A DNA stretch of 62,057 nt, filler included, from 7 parts of 7 records of this genome joined end to end with filler, not necessarily neighbours in it; one strand, 5' to 3'; counted from the whole stretch's first letter, positions 10,357 through 21,702 are shown. Notes: generated from the sequence alone by a model not told the origin. Numbers and translations are program-made.

Positions 10357-12138
10357 CTAATTTACTACTGGTATTACAATTGCTACGTTAGTTCCTTTAC
10401 CAGATTCACTATCTATTGATATTCCGTATTTATCTCCAAAATAGAGCTTAAGTCTTTCGTTTACATTAAATATTCCATACCCATTTTCATAAGTATGATT
10501 TCCTAAATCATCTATATTTTTTAAGCGTTTTGAAATCTCAATTAATTTATCATGTTTTATTCCTATTCCAGTATCAGTAATATTTATTACTATTTTATCT
10601 TTTTTTCGAAAGATATCTATATTGATATGTCCGCCTTCTCTCTTATTTTTTATCCCATGATAGATCGCATTTTCTATAATAGGTTGCAAAGTTATCTTAA
10701 CTGTTTTAAAATCCAGTAGTTCTTCTTGGATATTTATATCGTAATTCAACAAATCCCCATATCTCATCTTTTGGATAATTAAATAGTTTTTCGAATGTTC
10801 TACCTCTTTGGCAAGTGTTATAATTTCCGCTCCTTTACTAAGTGAGATTCGGAAAAATCCAGATAGTGCCATAACCATGTCAATGATCTTACTTTTATCA
10901 CCATCTTCCGCCATCCAAACTATGGCATCCAGGGAATTATATAGAAAATGCGGATTAATCTGAGCCTGCATGATATTTAACTCCGCTTTTTTTAGTTGTT
11001 CATGTTCTCGAATATTAGACTCCAATAACTCCTTTACTTTTTGGATCATTTTATTAAAACTATTACCCAAATCTGATAACTCATCATCTCCATTAACCTG
11101 AACACGTATTGAAAAATCACCATTTTCAACGGCTCTCATCTGTATTTTCATATTTCTAATAGGTTCCGTTATTTTATCTGTTAAAAACATAAATAAAACT
11201 ATACTAAGTAAAATAGATACTATAACAAGAGTAAAAGTAAGATTTCTAATTTGGTTAGCTTCATACATGATTTCACTTAACGGGACTTCACCAAATATTT
11301 TCCATCCGGCAACCAGATTATCCGGAATATTATTTACAATGAAAAACTCTCTACCATTCAGTTTTTCAATCATACTACCTGTTTTATGTTCAAAGATTTT
11401 ATACCATCTGTAATCACTAACATGCTCAACATATTGTTTAGGAGGGTTAAAAACAATTATATTTTTTTTATCTAAAATATAAAATTTCCCACTATTAGCA
11501 ATAGATGCATTTGCACAGATAGCTTCTATAATTGAAGTATCAAAATCAACTACTATAACTCCTTCTATCTCTTTTGTTTCCTCATTTTTAATAGTTGTAC
11601 CATATGAGACAATATTGGCAATATTTTTATACGATACATATTCCGAAGTATAATTTGTGATAATTTTTACCTCACCTATATTTTGCATCAATGAATTATA
11701 AATTGGGTTTGCTTCAAAAGATGCCTGCTCCAAGGAAAATATACCTCTACGTTCACTTATAACTTTTCTATTTTTTCCAATTATATATATATCGAGAATA
11801 TTTTTGTTATACTCATAGGAGCTTCTATATGCCTGAAATATTTCATAAAGTGCTTCTTTTTGACTTTCTGTATATGAATCATTGTCTAATATTTTCTTGA
11901 TTATTTCATGTTTACCAATCTCTAAGAAAGTTTCTGTTTCTGTAAAGATCTTTTTTATATCTGTACTTAGTTTTTGAGCTTCTTTAACAGCTGATTCCAT
12001 AGTGAGATTAACAATTCTGTTTTTTGCACGCAAATAGGAGAATCCTCCAACTATGCTAAGTGGAATAATAGTTAATAAACAAAAAACTATAAGAAGTTTA
12101 GTTTTTATCGTAACAGGATATTTTTTTATAAGTTTCAT
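10357..12138 (-). CDS. YesM-type sensor histidine kinase (Cache-HAMP-HisK)
   Basis: Two TMs, HAMP, AQINPHFLYN, LQPIIENAIYHG, DTGIG, GYGIFNV. Confidence 0.93.
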   Translation of the reverse strand: MKLIKKYPVTIKTKLLIVFCLLTIIPLSIVGGFSYLRAKNRIVNLTMESAVKEAQKLSTDIKKIFTETETFLEIGKHEIIKKILDNDSYTESQKEALYEIFQAYRSSYEYNKNILDIYIIGKNRKVISERRGIFSLEQASFEANPIYNSLMQNIGEVKIITNYTSEYVSYKNIANIVSYGTTIKNEETKEIEGVIVVDFDTSIIEAICANASIANSGKFYILDKKNIIVFNPPKQYVEHVSDYRWYKIFEHKTGSMIEKLNGREFFIVNNIPDNLVAGWKIFGEVPLSEIMYEANQIRNLTFTLVIVSILLSIVLFMFLTDKITEPIRNMKIQMRAVENGDFSIRVQVNGDDELSDLGNSFNKMIQKVKELLESNIREHEQLKKAELNIMQAQINPHFLYNSLDAIVWMAEDGDKSKIIDMVMALSGFFRISLSKGAEIITLAKEVEHSKNYLIIQKMRYGDLLNYDINIQEELLDFKTVKITLQPIIENAIYHGIKNKREGGHINIDIFRKKDKIVINITDTGIGIKHDKLIEISKRLKNIDDLGNHTYENGYGIFNVNERLKLYFGDKYGISIDSESGKGTNVAIVIPVVN

Positions 12139-12158
12139 TATCTTTCCCCCTCTCTATA

Positions 12159-12172
12159 TTTACTCGAGTAAA
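12159..12172. promoter_or_regulatory. Palindrome TTTACTCGAGTAAA, candidate operator; core repeated at 8078-8089
   Basis: Perfect 14-bp palindrome 20 nt upstream of the kinase start; the same 12-bp core lies just after the ytfQ stop. Confidence 0.45.
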
Positions 12173-12368
12173 ATCCTTGCGATTTAATATTACTACATTT
12201 ATTTTATAATTGCGACTAATTATGAAAAAGTTATTTATTGATCATAAAAACTATGTATTTTGTAGAGGTCTTTCCTATATATTCCAATAAACACCTTCAC
12301 TTTAAGCGGGTTTATGATATAATATTAATGATAATTTTACTAAGAATATAACTAAGAAAGGAAAAATA

Positions 12369-12720
12369 ATGGAACTACATATTTACATATCTTTTTTAAT
12401 AGCATCTGCGATAATCCTTGTAATTCCCGGACCTACAATCATAACTTTGATAAGTCAATCTGTTGATTATGGTAAAGAATCAGCACGACCTTTGATTTTA
12501 GGTGTATTAATGGGAGACTTTGTGGCGATGGCACTATCTATTTTAGGCTTAGGAGCGTTATTGCAAACATCGGCTCTGCTATATGGAATTTTTAAATGGA
12601 TAGGAGCGTTTTATTTAGTATATCTAGGTTTGAGCTCATGGATAAAGAAGGAAAAAAATGATACATTGAAGACTGAAAAGGAAAGTCAGAGTAACTTTCA
12701 GTTTTTTAAAACTACTTTTT
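12369..12720 (+). CDS. LysE/RhtB family translocator, 3' truncated
   Basis: IPGP motif and FKWIGAFYLVYLG. Confidence 0.9.
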
Positions 12721-12820
12721 NNNNNNNNNNNNNNNNNNNNNNNNNNNNNNNNNNNNNNNNNNNNTTAATTAATTAANNNNNNNNNNNNNNNNNNNNNNNN
12801 NNNNNNNNNNNNNNNNNNNN
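12721..12820. other. Artificial contig spacer (also 25966-26065, 33073-33172, 41463-41562, 50273-50372, 56037-56136)
   Basis: N44-TTAATTAATTAA-N44 linker, with stops in all frames. Confidence 0.99.
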
Positions 12821-12914
12821 GGGAGTACACCACCGGCAGTGTGAACATGGATCTTTTATTGCCTGCAAGTCTTCTAGAAATGGATGAAACCGCCCTTCAG
12901 GAGTTGGGAATCTA

Positions 12915-13584
12915 ATGGATCAAAAAACGATTCTCTATTCAGTGGTCGCATTGGTTGCCGCGATCTATTGCATTTTTCAAATTAATGAAAATTGGTTAAA
13001 ACCGACAGTGAGCATCCCTCCGCCGAAATCGTTGCCTCTGCCCAGTGACCAACGGATCGATGACGTAAACAAAGGGGTCAGCCCCGATCCGTTCATAAAT
13101 ACAAAAAAGACCATTCACACCCCCCATCCCAGCCGCTCCCCGATTTGGCAACGGCGGAAAGAAATCCCTTTCTCTGGCCCGGTCCAAAAATGAAGCGAAG
13201 AAAACCGGAGCCGACGCCAACCCCTGAACCGGTTGCGTTTGATGAGCCGGAGTATTACTTCAATTTAGCCATGATCATTGAAAAAGAGGGAGAAAAAACA
13301 GTCCTCATCAACAATGTCTTTGCAAAGGAGGAAGTCGGGTTTCCGGTTTTTTTGTCGACAGAATAGAGGCGAACTATGTGTTGCTTTCCAAAGGCGATGA
13401 ATCAGACATGGTATGGCTTCCCAAACTGGAATCTCCCCTGCAAAAGAAAAGCGTTAAATCACTGAAAACAGCATCAATGCCTTATCTCTCAAAAGGGCGC
13501 TCAACTCCCAGCAGAGCGCAAACGGAAGATTCCATTGTGGACGTTTTGGTGGAAGAGTTTATCAAAAAATATGAACCGAATTAA
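12915..13584 (+). CDS. Pilus/secretion accessory protein (PilP/MshK-like position), split by two frameshifts
   Basis: N-terminal TM, Pro-rich linker with DPF, then NLAMII...VLINN; three overlapping ORFs directly before the secretin. Confidence 0.5.
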
Positions 13585-13617
13585 CCACGCATCTTCAAAC
13601 TCAGGTACAGAAACAAC

Positions 13618-15361
13618 ATGAATCTTAAAATGGCAAATGACACGCTCCGCTCGGTAATCCATGGTTATTTTTTCAAATCGACTTCATTGCTGATAACGGC
13701 CGCCCTGCTTCTTTTTTCTTCCTGCGCCATTCCGGAAAAACAACTCCCCCGCACCCAATGTGGCCGACACACCCAAGAAAGAGGTTCCCGGTCAAGACAC
13801 GGTTTCAGAAAAAAATCAATACTTCCCTTGAAGTACCGGCCCCCCGGCTTCAAGATATTTCAAATGTGATTGAGGAAGATTCATCCGAGCCCATTATCCC
13901 CCCTTCATATGAACCGGCACTCAGCGGTTGGACCGCTTTTGATGAGAAGCTCTTTTCTTTTTCCGCCAGAAGCGCTCCGCTTCAGGACGTACTTATCGCC
14001 TTATCAAAGGAGGCGAATCTCAATCTGGTACTGGGGCAACGCATTAACGCACTGGCTCCCGTTTCCGTTGAATTCACCAACCTTCCCCTGCGTCAGGCCA
14101 TGGAGGAGATCTTACGCGCCTTTGGATATTCCTATGAGATCAATGGAAATATGTTACGCATCCGGGCCATTGAAAAGCGCGTGTTCCACTTTGACTATCC
14201 TCTGGTTTATACCAGCCCCACCTCCTCTGCCGGTGGGGACATGCTGGGCAGCTCCGAAAGTGCCGGCGGCATTACCGCCTCCTTTTCAGTTGATGTTAAT
14301 ATTGAAGATGAAGAGAGTTTGAACATCTGGAAACAGATCAAAGATATCCTCCAACCGGCTGAGGACGACAGCCAAGCAGAGAGCGGCGGCAGCGGCAGTA
14401 GCAGCAGTGACGAAGGTGGAGATGAAACAACGCCGTTGTTATCTTCCGAAGGACGGGCAACCATTGATTCCGCCAGCGGCACAATCATTGTTTTTGACCG
14501 ACCGGATGTTTTAGACACTGTTGAGCTGTTTTTGCTTCGAATGAAGGAATCATTAAGGCGCCAGGTCCTTATTGAAGCCAAAATCATTGAAGTGCAACTC
14601 AATCATGCCCATCAATACGGACTGGATTGGGCGGTATTGGGAGACAGGCTCGAACTTCCCTTCACTCTTGAGACAAATTTACAAACAAATACAGACAATA
14701 CCGGCGCGTTCAATTTCAAAATTTCCAACAACAACAGCAATGCCGATGTCAACGTTCAAGCCATCATTGATTTCATCAGCACCCAAGGGGATGTGAACAC
14801 CATTTCATCGCCCCGAATTCATGTACTGAACAATCAATCCGCCACCATCTCCATCGGAACCGTCATCCCTTACCTTGATTTTTCAAGCGCCACCGATTCA
14901 ACCACTTCGAGCGACGCTTCCGACAGTGACAGCGATTCAGGAAACAATATCACCATCATTGAAAACGACAACGACAGTGTATTGACCCCCAGAGTTACCA
15001 CCGCCCAAGCGGGCATCAGCCTGGGTATCACCCCCCAGATCAGTGCGACCGGTGTCATTACCTTACACGTCATTCCGGTCATTACCGATCAAGTGGGAAA
15101 TAAGACTTTCGAGTTTGAAGGGATCAACTGGACTGTTCCCATTTTGGATACCCGTACGACCTCTACCATCATCAGTGCACGAGACGGTGAAACCGTCGTT
15201 CTGGGAGGGTTGATGCAAGACAAATCCAGTGATAACCGCACCAGTGTCCCGATATTGAGCAAACTCCCGTTTTTGGAAAAACGCTGTTTGCCAACCAATC
15301 CAAACAGTCCGATAAAACCGAACTTGTTATTTTGCTCACCCCAAGGATAATGACCCGATGA
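13618..15361 (+). CDS. mshL: Lipoprotein secretin, MshL-type; frameshifts at ~13755 and ~15275
   Basis: Lipobox LFSSC, STN domain, RQVLIEAKIIEV, GISLGITPQI, GETVVLGGL; the corrected end reads ELVILLTPRI. Confidence 0.88.
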
Positions 15362-16671
15362 GCCTTATTAGAGATTATCTTAAAAAAACCGAGCCCCAGG
15401 TGAAACAGCCATCCAAAGATTCAGTTCCCCCCGTCATGCGTCGAAACAGTGAAAAAGAAAAACAAAAAGGCCCGAGTAAAGGGGTTCTGATCCTGATCAA
15501 CATCGTTGCCATTTGCGTCATTATTTTCACTATTGTCAACACCTTCTTTCCCAGAACGATTTCATTTTCAAAAATTTCAAAAACGTTGGCTCAAATTCCC
15601 ACTTCCGTTATATCTTTATTTTCAGAAGATCCATCTTCACTTTCAAAAGCCCCGACTGCTTCATCCGCTACAGCAAAACAGCAAACAAGTCAAAAAGCCC
15701 ATCAACCACCCTTGGAAAACACGCCGAATGGGGACGTGAAACACCCTGACAACACAAAAGATTCCACTCTTATACCCAGTGCCGACACTATCGCGTCAAA
15801 CGGGTCCAGCTTTGAAAATACGTCAAGGAAAGACGGCCTAAAAGACATTCGCGAAGATCAAACGTCCTCTCTCCGGACAACAAAACGCAATCTTAAAACA
15901 TTCCCGGAAAATATTGATGACCAGTCGATTCAACAACTACTGGATGCGGTGGCAACATTTCAAAAAAACGAAACCATCAACAATCAAAATGGAGCGCCGC
16001 AAATTTCAGGCCGTTCTTCCCATCGAAACAAACTCGATAAAAAGACGGCTTCCCCCGGATTAAATCAAAAAAAGCATGAAGCCTACTTTAATCTGGCGTT
16101 ATCGGCACACCAAGCCGGTGCAACCAATAGAGCCATTCACTACTATCTCAAAGCTGTGGAAGAAAAGCCCGACCTGATAAAAGCGCGTATTAATCTTGCG
16201 GCCCTGTATATTGAAACGAACCAGACTCAAAAGGGACGGGCTTCTTTGGAACAGGTACTGCTCAAAGATCCGAAAAATACGGATGCCATGGTGAATATGG
16301 CCATTTTATACATGAAGCAAGGTCTGCATGATCAAGCTGAAAAAATGTTACTGAGAGCTTTACAGCTAAATGAGAACAGTTATATAGTATTATCCAATCT
16401 TGCTTATCTCAATCAAAAACAAAACCGTCTGGATCAAGCACTGACTTACTATCGAAAACTCATTGATATCGATCCGGACAATGCCAAGGCATTGCTGGGG
16501 GCCGCCCATATATTGGAAATCAAAAATCGATTTCGTGCATCCCTTTCATATTATCAGCAAAGTTTGGGAACATCGGAAGTGAGTCGATCCCAGCATTATA
16601 CCGACAGAGTGGTCAGGCGGATCAAGCGGCTTCAATACCATTTAACCCAATCAGCCAATGGAGGCGCATAG
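15358..16671 (+). CDS. Membrane-anchored TPR protein (MshN-like)
   Basis: MSLIRDYLKK start, one TM, low-complexity linker and several C-terminal TPRs. Confidence 0.8.
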   Translation: MSLIRDYLKKTEPQVKQPSKDSVPPVMRRNSEKEKQKGPSKGVLILINIVAICVIIFTIVNTFFPRTISFSKISKTLAQIPTSVISLFSEDPSSLSKAPTASSATAKQQTSQKAHQPPLENTPNGDVKHPDNTKDSTLIPSADTIASNGSSFENTSRKDGLKDIREDQTSSLRTTKRNLKTFPENIDDQSIQQLLDAVATFQKNETINNQNGAPQISGRSSHRNKLDKKTASPGLNQKKHEAYFNLALSAHQAGATNRAIHYYLKAVEEKPDLIKARINLAALYIETNQTQKGRASLEQVLLKDPKNTDAMVNMAILYMKQGLHDQAEKMLLRALQLNENSYIVLSNLAYLNQKQNRLDQALTYYRKLIDIDPDNAKALLGAAHILEIKNRFRASLSYYQQSLGTSEVSRSQHYTDRVVRRIKRLQYHLTQSANGGA

Positions 16672-16757
16672 GACGCCATGTTACACTATCGAGCACCATT
16701 ATTTTTTACAAAGCGCCCCCGCATTGGAACACGATCTTCCAGCAGCAACACCATCGA

Positions 16758-17216
16758 ATGCGCCTTCAGGGGGGAGTGTTCCAAGCGATTCTGATCATTT
16801 CACTCATTATTGTTTCCGGATGCGCTACAGGCATCACAACGCCTTCCCATCGTCTGTATGAAAGACAATATTATGTCACCGGCAAGGTATCGAACCAACT
16901 GGGTCATCCGCTCCCTCAATGCAAAGTTCATCTGATAAAAAGGGATCTACTCCCTTTTGGAAATATCAAAGAGCAAATGGACGCCACCACCCGTCAATAC
17001 ATTTTCCCGGTGGATGCCGCCGGTCAATATCTACTTACATTTGAACCGGATCAAGCCAATGATATCTGGCTCGGTTTTACGGATCCTTCCGGACATTACG
17101 AGCCCCGTGTCGTCCGTCTCAATGAAGCATTGGGAGAGTCTCTACTGGAGTACCCCGGTAACACCTCCGTCATTGTCAACATGGTACTACAGCCCATTAT
17201 CAAAAAGGAGATATAA
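16758..17216 (+). CDS. Lipoprotein with a carboxypeptidase-regulatory-like beta-sandwich
   Basis: Lipobox IVSGC; VTGKVSNQLGHPL and DAAGQY motifs. Confidence 0.6.
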   Translation: MRLQGGVFQAILIISLIIVSGCATGITTPSHRLYERQYYVTGKVSNQLGHPLPQCKVHLIKRDLLPFGNIKEQMDATTRQYIFPVDAAGQYLLTFEPDQANDIWLGFTDPSGHYEPRVVRLNEALGESLLEYPGNTSVIVNMVLQPIIKKEI

Positions 17217-17219
17217 TCC

Positions 17220-18872
17220 ATGCCTCTTCTTGGAGAAGCGCTTGTCAACGAAGGCCTAGTCACGCAGCAACAACTCGATCTGGCACTTCAGGAACAACGA
17301 AGAACCCGTGAGCTGCTGGGAGCGGTTTTAATCCGATTCGGTATGCTGTCTGAAAAAGCGATCACACAGATCGTTGCCACACCGGATGTCCCCTATGTCG
17401 ATCTGGAGCAAACCCCAATGGACCAGGCTGCCGTTCAGGCCATTGAAAGCGAGATTGCCAAACAATTCACTCTCATGCCTTTTCGACTGGATGACACCGC
17501 ACTTCACGTTGCCATGGACAACCCCTATGATGTGCGGGCCATCGACACCATCAGCCGGGAGACTCGCCTTTCCGTTGAAGCCTATACATCCGACAAACAA
17601 GATATTTTAAAAGCCATAGAGCTTCACTACAGCATGGCTGAGACCCTGGATGACGATATCAACAAAAATATTGCCGCCGCCATGGGCACAGCCGGCGTCG
17701 ATGCCGAAGAGACCAATGCGCCGGTTGCCAATCTGATCGATCTGTATATTACCAAGGGGCTGAGGATGTCCGCCACGGATCTGCACATTACCCCTGAAGA
17801 GAAAACCATTCGGATCAGTTTTCGAGTGGACGGTATTCTTCAAAGTGACAGCATCCTGCCCATTGAGCTTCACTCGGCACTGATTACCCGGGTCAAGATT
17901 CAATCGGGGATGAACATTGCAGAACAGCGTCTTCCTCAAGACGGGACCATGGATTTTACATTTATGGATCGTCCCGTTGATATCCGTACGGCCACCTCCC
18001 CGTCCACAAAAGGGGAGTTTGTCTCCCTCCGATTTTTGGATAAAGGCAATACCGCACTTCACATTGAATCCCTTGGATTTATGCCGGACGATGTTGCCAC
18101 CATCAAAAAGTTAACCATGATCCCCCACGGGATCATTTTAGTATCCGGCCCCACAGGATCCGGTAAAACAACGACCCTTTACAGCATGCTCAAACAGATC
18201 AATTCCATAGAAAAAAATATTATGACCATTGAGGATCCTGTGGAATATGAGATGCCCATGATCAAACAGGTTCAACTGAGTGAGCAGGCGGGTTTGAGCT
18301 TTGAAAAAGCAATCAGGCACTTTCTAAGACTTGACCCGGATGTCCTTCTGGTGGGTGAAATTCGTGATTACGAGACGGCTCTGTCTGCATTTCAGGCCGC
18401 CATGACCGGTCACTTGGTTTTCTCGACCATCCACACCAACAGCGCAACGGCAACGATCGCAAGGCTTCGAAACTTAGGGCTTGCCCTTTACTTCATTCCT
18501 TCCACAGTTCGGGCCATCATTGGTCAAAGACTGATTCGAATGCTTTGCAAACACTGCAAAGCCCCCTATGTTCCGGATCAGGAAGAGCTGGAGCTTTACG
18601 GAGTTCATGAGGATGAAATCAGCGGTCATCAACTCTATCGAGCCGCCGGATGCGACAAGTGCAACTATACCGGGTACATGGGAAGAAGCTCCATTTATGA
18701 AATTTTAGAAATGACACCGGAGCTCAGCCAAGCCATCTTTGATAACGCCTCCACCGCGGCACTTGACAGAATTTGCAGCAAAAGCGGCATGGTTTCCATG
18801 AAGGGATCCGGCATGGAAAAAGTGCGACAAGGACTTACATCAATGGAAGAAGTGATTCGAGTAACCATGTAA
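17220..18872 (+). CDS. GspE/PilB/MshE assembly ATPase with an N-terminal MshEN-like region
   Basis: GPTGSGKTTT, IEDPVE, GEIRD, TGHLVFSTIH and tetra-Cys (CKHC, CDKC). Confidence 0.95.
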   Translation: MPLLGEALVNEGLVTQQQLDLALQEQRRTRELLGAVLIRFGMLSEKAITQIVATPDVPYVDLEQTPMDQAAVQAIESEIAKQFTLMPFRLDDTALHVAMDNPYDVRAIDTISRETRLSVEAYTSDKQDILKAIELHYSMAETLDDDINKNIAAAMGTAGVDAEETNAPVANLIDLYITKGLRMSATDLHITPEEKTIRISFRVDGILQSDSILPIELHSALITRVKIQSGMNIAEQRLPQDGTMDFTFMDRPVDIRTATSPSTKGEFVSLRFLDKGNTALHIESLGFMPDDVATIKKLTMIPHGIILVSGPTGSGKTTTLYSMLKQINSIEKNIMTIEDPVEYEMPMIKQVQLSEQAGLSFEKAIRHFLRLDPDVLLVGEIRDYETALSAFQAAMTGHLVFSTIHTNSATATIARLRNLGLALYFIPSTVRAIIGQRLIRMLCKHCKAPYVPDQEELELYGVHEDEISGHQLYRAAGCDKCNYTGYMGRSSIYEILEMTPELSQAIFDNASTAALDRICSKSGMVSMKGSGMEKVRQGLTSMEEVIRVTM

Positions 18873-18873
18873 T

Positions 18874-20223
18874 ATGCCCAATTACTCTTACAAAGCCGTG
18901 GATCAGAGCGGAGTCGTTAAAAGCGGTGTTCGGTTTGCCGCGAGCGTGTCCGAACTCCGTGCCATGCTCAGGCAAAGCGGGCTTTCCCTTTTAAAGGCGC
19001 GTCAGGGAAAAGGGTGGGAAGATATCATCGACGCCATCTCCACCCTGCAGATCGGATCACTAAGTCGTGCCCAGCTCATCGAGTTCAACTATAACATGGG
19101 GGTGATGCTGAAAGCCGGGGTTCCCCTGGCCTCTGCACTAAAAGAGCTCAGGGAAGACACGTCTGACAAATACGTAATCAAAATCCTGGAAGAGCTGCAT
19201 GACAATATCTCCGCGGGAGATACATTGCACCAAGCCATGGCAAGACGGCCCAGGGACTTTTCAGCCCTTTATCTCAGTTTAATTAAAATCGGAGAAGAGA
19301 CCGGTAATCTGACGGACGTGTTCTTCAATATTTCTAAGCATTACAAACGAATTGACCATTTGGTAAAAAGCACAAAAAAGGCCATGATTTACCCCTCTTT
19401 TATCATGGTATCCTTGTTTGCTTCAATTATCGTGTTTATGCTGTTTGTACTTCCTCCCATCACCGATGTACTTAAAGAGATCAATTTTGACACTCAACGT
19501 AATAACAGAGCCAACACGATTCAAGAGATGAATCTGGCGGCACAAAACCCGAATAGAAATGTAAATCCAAATGGGTCCGGAGAAGTCGATGATTCGGACG
19601 AGGAGTATAGAGGGCTCCCCCCGCAAACCGTTTTTGTTATAAAGCTCTCGGATTTTATAAAAGAAAGATGGCATTTCATTGTCAGCACAGTAATACTTTT
19701 TGTTATCCTTTTTGTTTTTTTGAGAAGAATTCCCCGGGTCAAATTCATTTTGGATTGGATTTTGCTTAAAATACCATATATTGGGAAGCTCACGATCCAA
19801 ATCCATATGACATATTACTTGCGTTACTTCTCTTTGATGCTTTATGCCGGTGTAGATATTTTAACATCCGTGGTTTCATCCGCATCGGCGGTCACCAACT
19901 CAAAAATGCAGCAGGATTTAATTGATGTTAAGGGACGAATCCAAGAAGGGGCACTTCTTTCCCATGCATTCAAGCAAGCCGGGTATCTGCCCAATACCGT
20001 CATCAGGATGATTGCCGTCGGTGAGACCTCGGGTAACCTTCCTGAACAGATGGACTATCTGGCGGAAGAGTACAATGAGAACATTGAAAGACTCATGGAG
20101 GCGGCTCTGGATGTATTGCAACCCTCGGCAATCATTATCATGGCTTGCTTAGCCGGTTTTGTGATTTGGGCAACACTGGGGCCGATTTATGGTTTGGTAG
20201 GAAAAATGCAGTCCATGATGTGA
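18874..20223 (+). CDS. GspF/PilC/MshG inner-membrane platform protein
   Basis: Two T2SSF repeats (GEETGNL, GETSGNL), AMIYP, three TMs. Confidence 0.93.
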   Translation: MPNYSYKAVDQSGVVKSGVRFAASVSELRAMLRQSGLSLLKARQGKGWEDIIDAISTLQIGSLSRAQLIEFNYNMGVMLKAGVPLASALKELREDTSDKYVIKILEELHDNISAGDTLHQAMARRPRDFSALYLSLIKIGEETGNLTDVFFNISKHYKRIDHLVKSTKKAMIYPSFIMVSLFASIIVFMLFVLPPITDVLKEINFDTQRNNRANTIQEMNLAAQNPNRNVNPNGSGEVDDSDEEYRGLPPQTVFVIKLSDFIKERWHFIVSTVILFVILFVFLRRIPRVKFILDWILLKIPYIGKLTIQIHMTYYLRYFSLMLYAGVDILTSVVSSASAVTNSKMQQDLIDVKGRIQEGALLSHAFKQAGYLPNTVIRMIAVGETSGNLPEQMDYLAEEYNENIERLMEAALDVLQPSAIIIMACLAGFVIWATLGPIYGLVGKMQSMM

Positions 20224-20257
20224 CCCCTGGAAAATGAAACGCCTATGGAGACCCCCC

Positions 20258-20905
20258 ATGCGAACCATCAGACACAACAGTGCTCAAAAGGGCTTTACGT
20301 TATTGGAAGTGGCCGCAATAACAATAATTGTCGGCATTATCCTCACCCTCCTTGTTCCTAAAATATCCAGGACCACTGCCGAAGCCAAATATCAGTTACT
20401 CCGACAAAACTGTACGGAGCTCGCAGGATGGGCCAATGAGTGGGCTAGAAGAGAGCATGAAACCCAACCAATCATTTCTGTCAGTACGTTAAACGATTAT
20501 ATGGATACCCTTGGGAATCTCGCATCGGGATTGTGGGTTGCAGATTCTACCAATGGAAGCAACTGGCAAGGGTCTGCTTCTGCAGATCTGGAGTCCATTC
20601 CCCATAGAGGCGGACTCAATATTGCCACCGCGCCTTATACTTCGGTCCACAGCATCATGCCCGATCATAAACCTTTGAGTAACCCATTCAATGGTCTTTC
20701 ACTCTTTCATCCGGCAAATCTTCCATCAACCAATGCCGTAACCGGGGCAATTGCCTGTGCATTTGCCGATGATGGCGGCTATAACTATTATGCCTTGATC
20801 TTTCAAGGAATCGATTCAGACACAGTTGGTGATTTTTACCCAGGTCAAGGGCCGAACACAACGGGGCTGAAAAACGGAATTTTCATTACAAGGCTAATTC
20901 CTTAG
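20258..20905 (+). CDS. Type IV pilin-like protein 1
   Basis: QKG|FTLLE prepilin cleavage site and hydrophobic helix; start may be 20234. Confidence 0.88.
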   Translation: MRTIRHNSAQKGFTLLEVAAITIIVGIILTLLVPKISRTTAEAKYQLLRQNCTELAGWANEWARREHETQPIISVSTLNDYMDTLGNLASGLWVADSTNGSNWQGSASADLESIPHRGGLNIATAPYTSVHSIMPDHKPLSNPFNGLSLFHPANLPSTNAVTGAIACAFADDGGYNYYALIFQGIDSDTVGDFYPGQGPNTTGLKNGIFITRLIP

Positions 20906-20942
20906 TCACTCCGGTGGATATTATAGCGTTAAGGAGAATCTC

Positions 20943-21662
20943 ATGGAAAAATTAAACAAACAATCGGGCTTTACCCTGATAGAACTTTTATTCGTTATCT
21001 TTATTATGGGTGGGATTTTGGCAGTGATTATCCCCAAAGCCCAGCAATCCCTCACAGCAAAAAACTATTCCAGAATGAATGAGATCTGTATGGAGTTGGC
21101 ATCCTATGCCCATGAGTGGAAGAATGTCTCCATTGCGGCTCAGGAAACCACCTCCGACTCTGATTTTGATGCATATTTTCAATCGCTTGCCGGTATAACA
21201 GACATATCAAGGACCTTTCCAAACTCGGAATGGATAGCCGGGGATGTGGAAGATACCTCCAACTGGAATAGTGCCGCCGCAAATGGAAGGCGAGAAATTA
21301 TCGGAAGGCTAAACAGTTCCGGCGATCCGGAGCCGGAAAGCTCCGTTCAAGACCTTATTCCGGCTGAAAAAATGCCCATCAATCCATTTAACGGCATCCA
21401 TGTTTTCAATGATGCAATCAATGATCCAGCTGGAAAGCTCCATGCCGTGACAGGCGCGATTGCCTGCGCAGTCGTAGATATGGATGGCCTAGGAACTGAA
21501 GAGTGGCATTACTTTGCCCTCTTATATCAAGGTACGGATAACACCGAAGGTGTTGAAGAAAACCCGGATATTGGCTCACAAACGAATGTTTTCCATTCCG
21601 GGCAAAGTGCCCGTACATTGTCGGGGCTTCGAAATGGTGTCTTTCTTGCTCAAGAAAGATAA
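20943..21662 (+). CDS. Type IV pilin-like protein 2 (paralog)
   Basis: QSG|FTLIEL; AAGGAG RBS. Confidence 0.9.
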   Translation: MEKLNKQSGFTLIELLFVIFIMGGILAVIIPKAQQSLTAKNYSRMNEICMELASYAHEWKNVSIAAQETTSDSDFDAYFQSLAGITDISRTFPNSEWIAGDVEDTSNWNSAAANGRREIIGRLNSSGDPEPESSVQDLIPAEKMPINPFNGIHVFNDAINDPAGKLHAVTGAIACAVVDMDGLGTEEWHYFALLYQGTDNTEGVEENPDIGSQTNVFHSGQSARTLSGLRNGVFLAQER

Positions 21663-21702
21663 TTTATATATATTTATCAACTTTTTACTAGGAGATCGTA
21701 CT

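Noticed and set aside
14360..14960. Ser/Asp/Gly-rich stretches in the secretin
   Set aside because: Low-complexity loops are common in MshL/GspD secretins.
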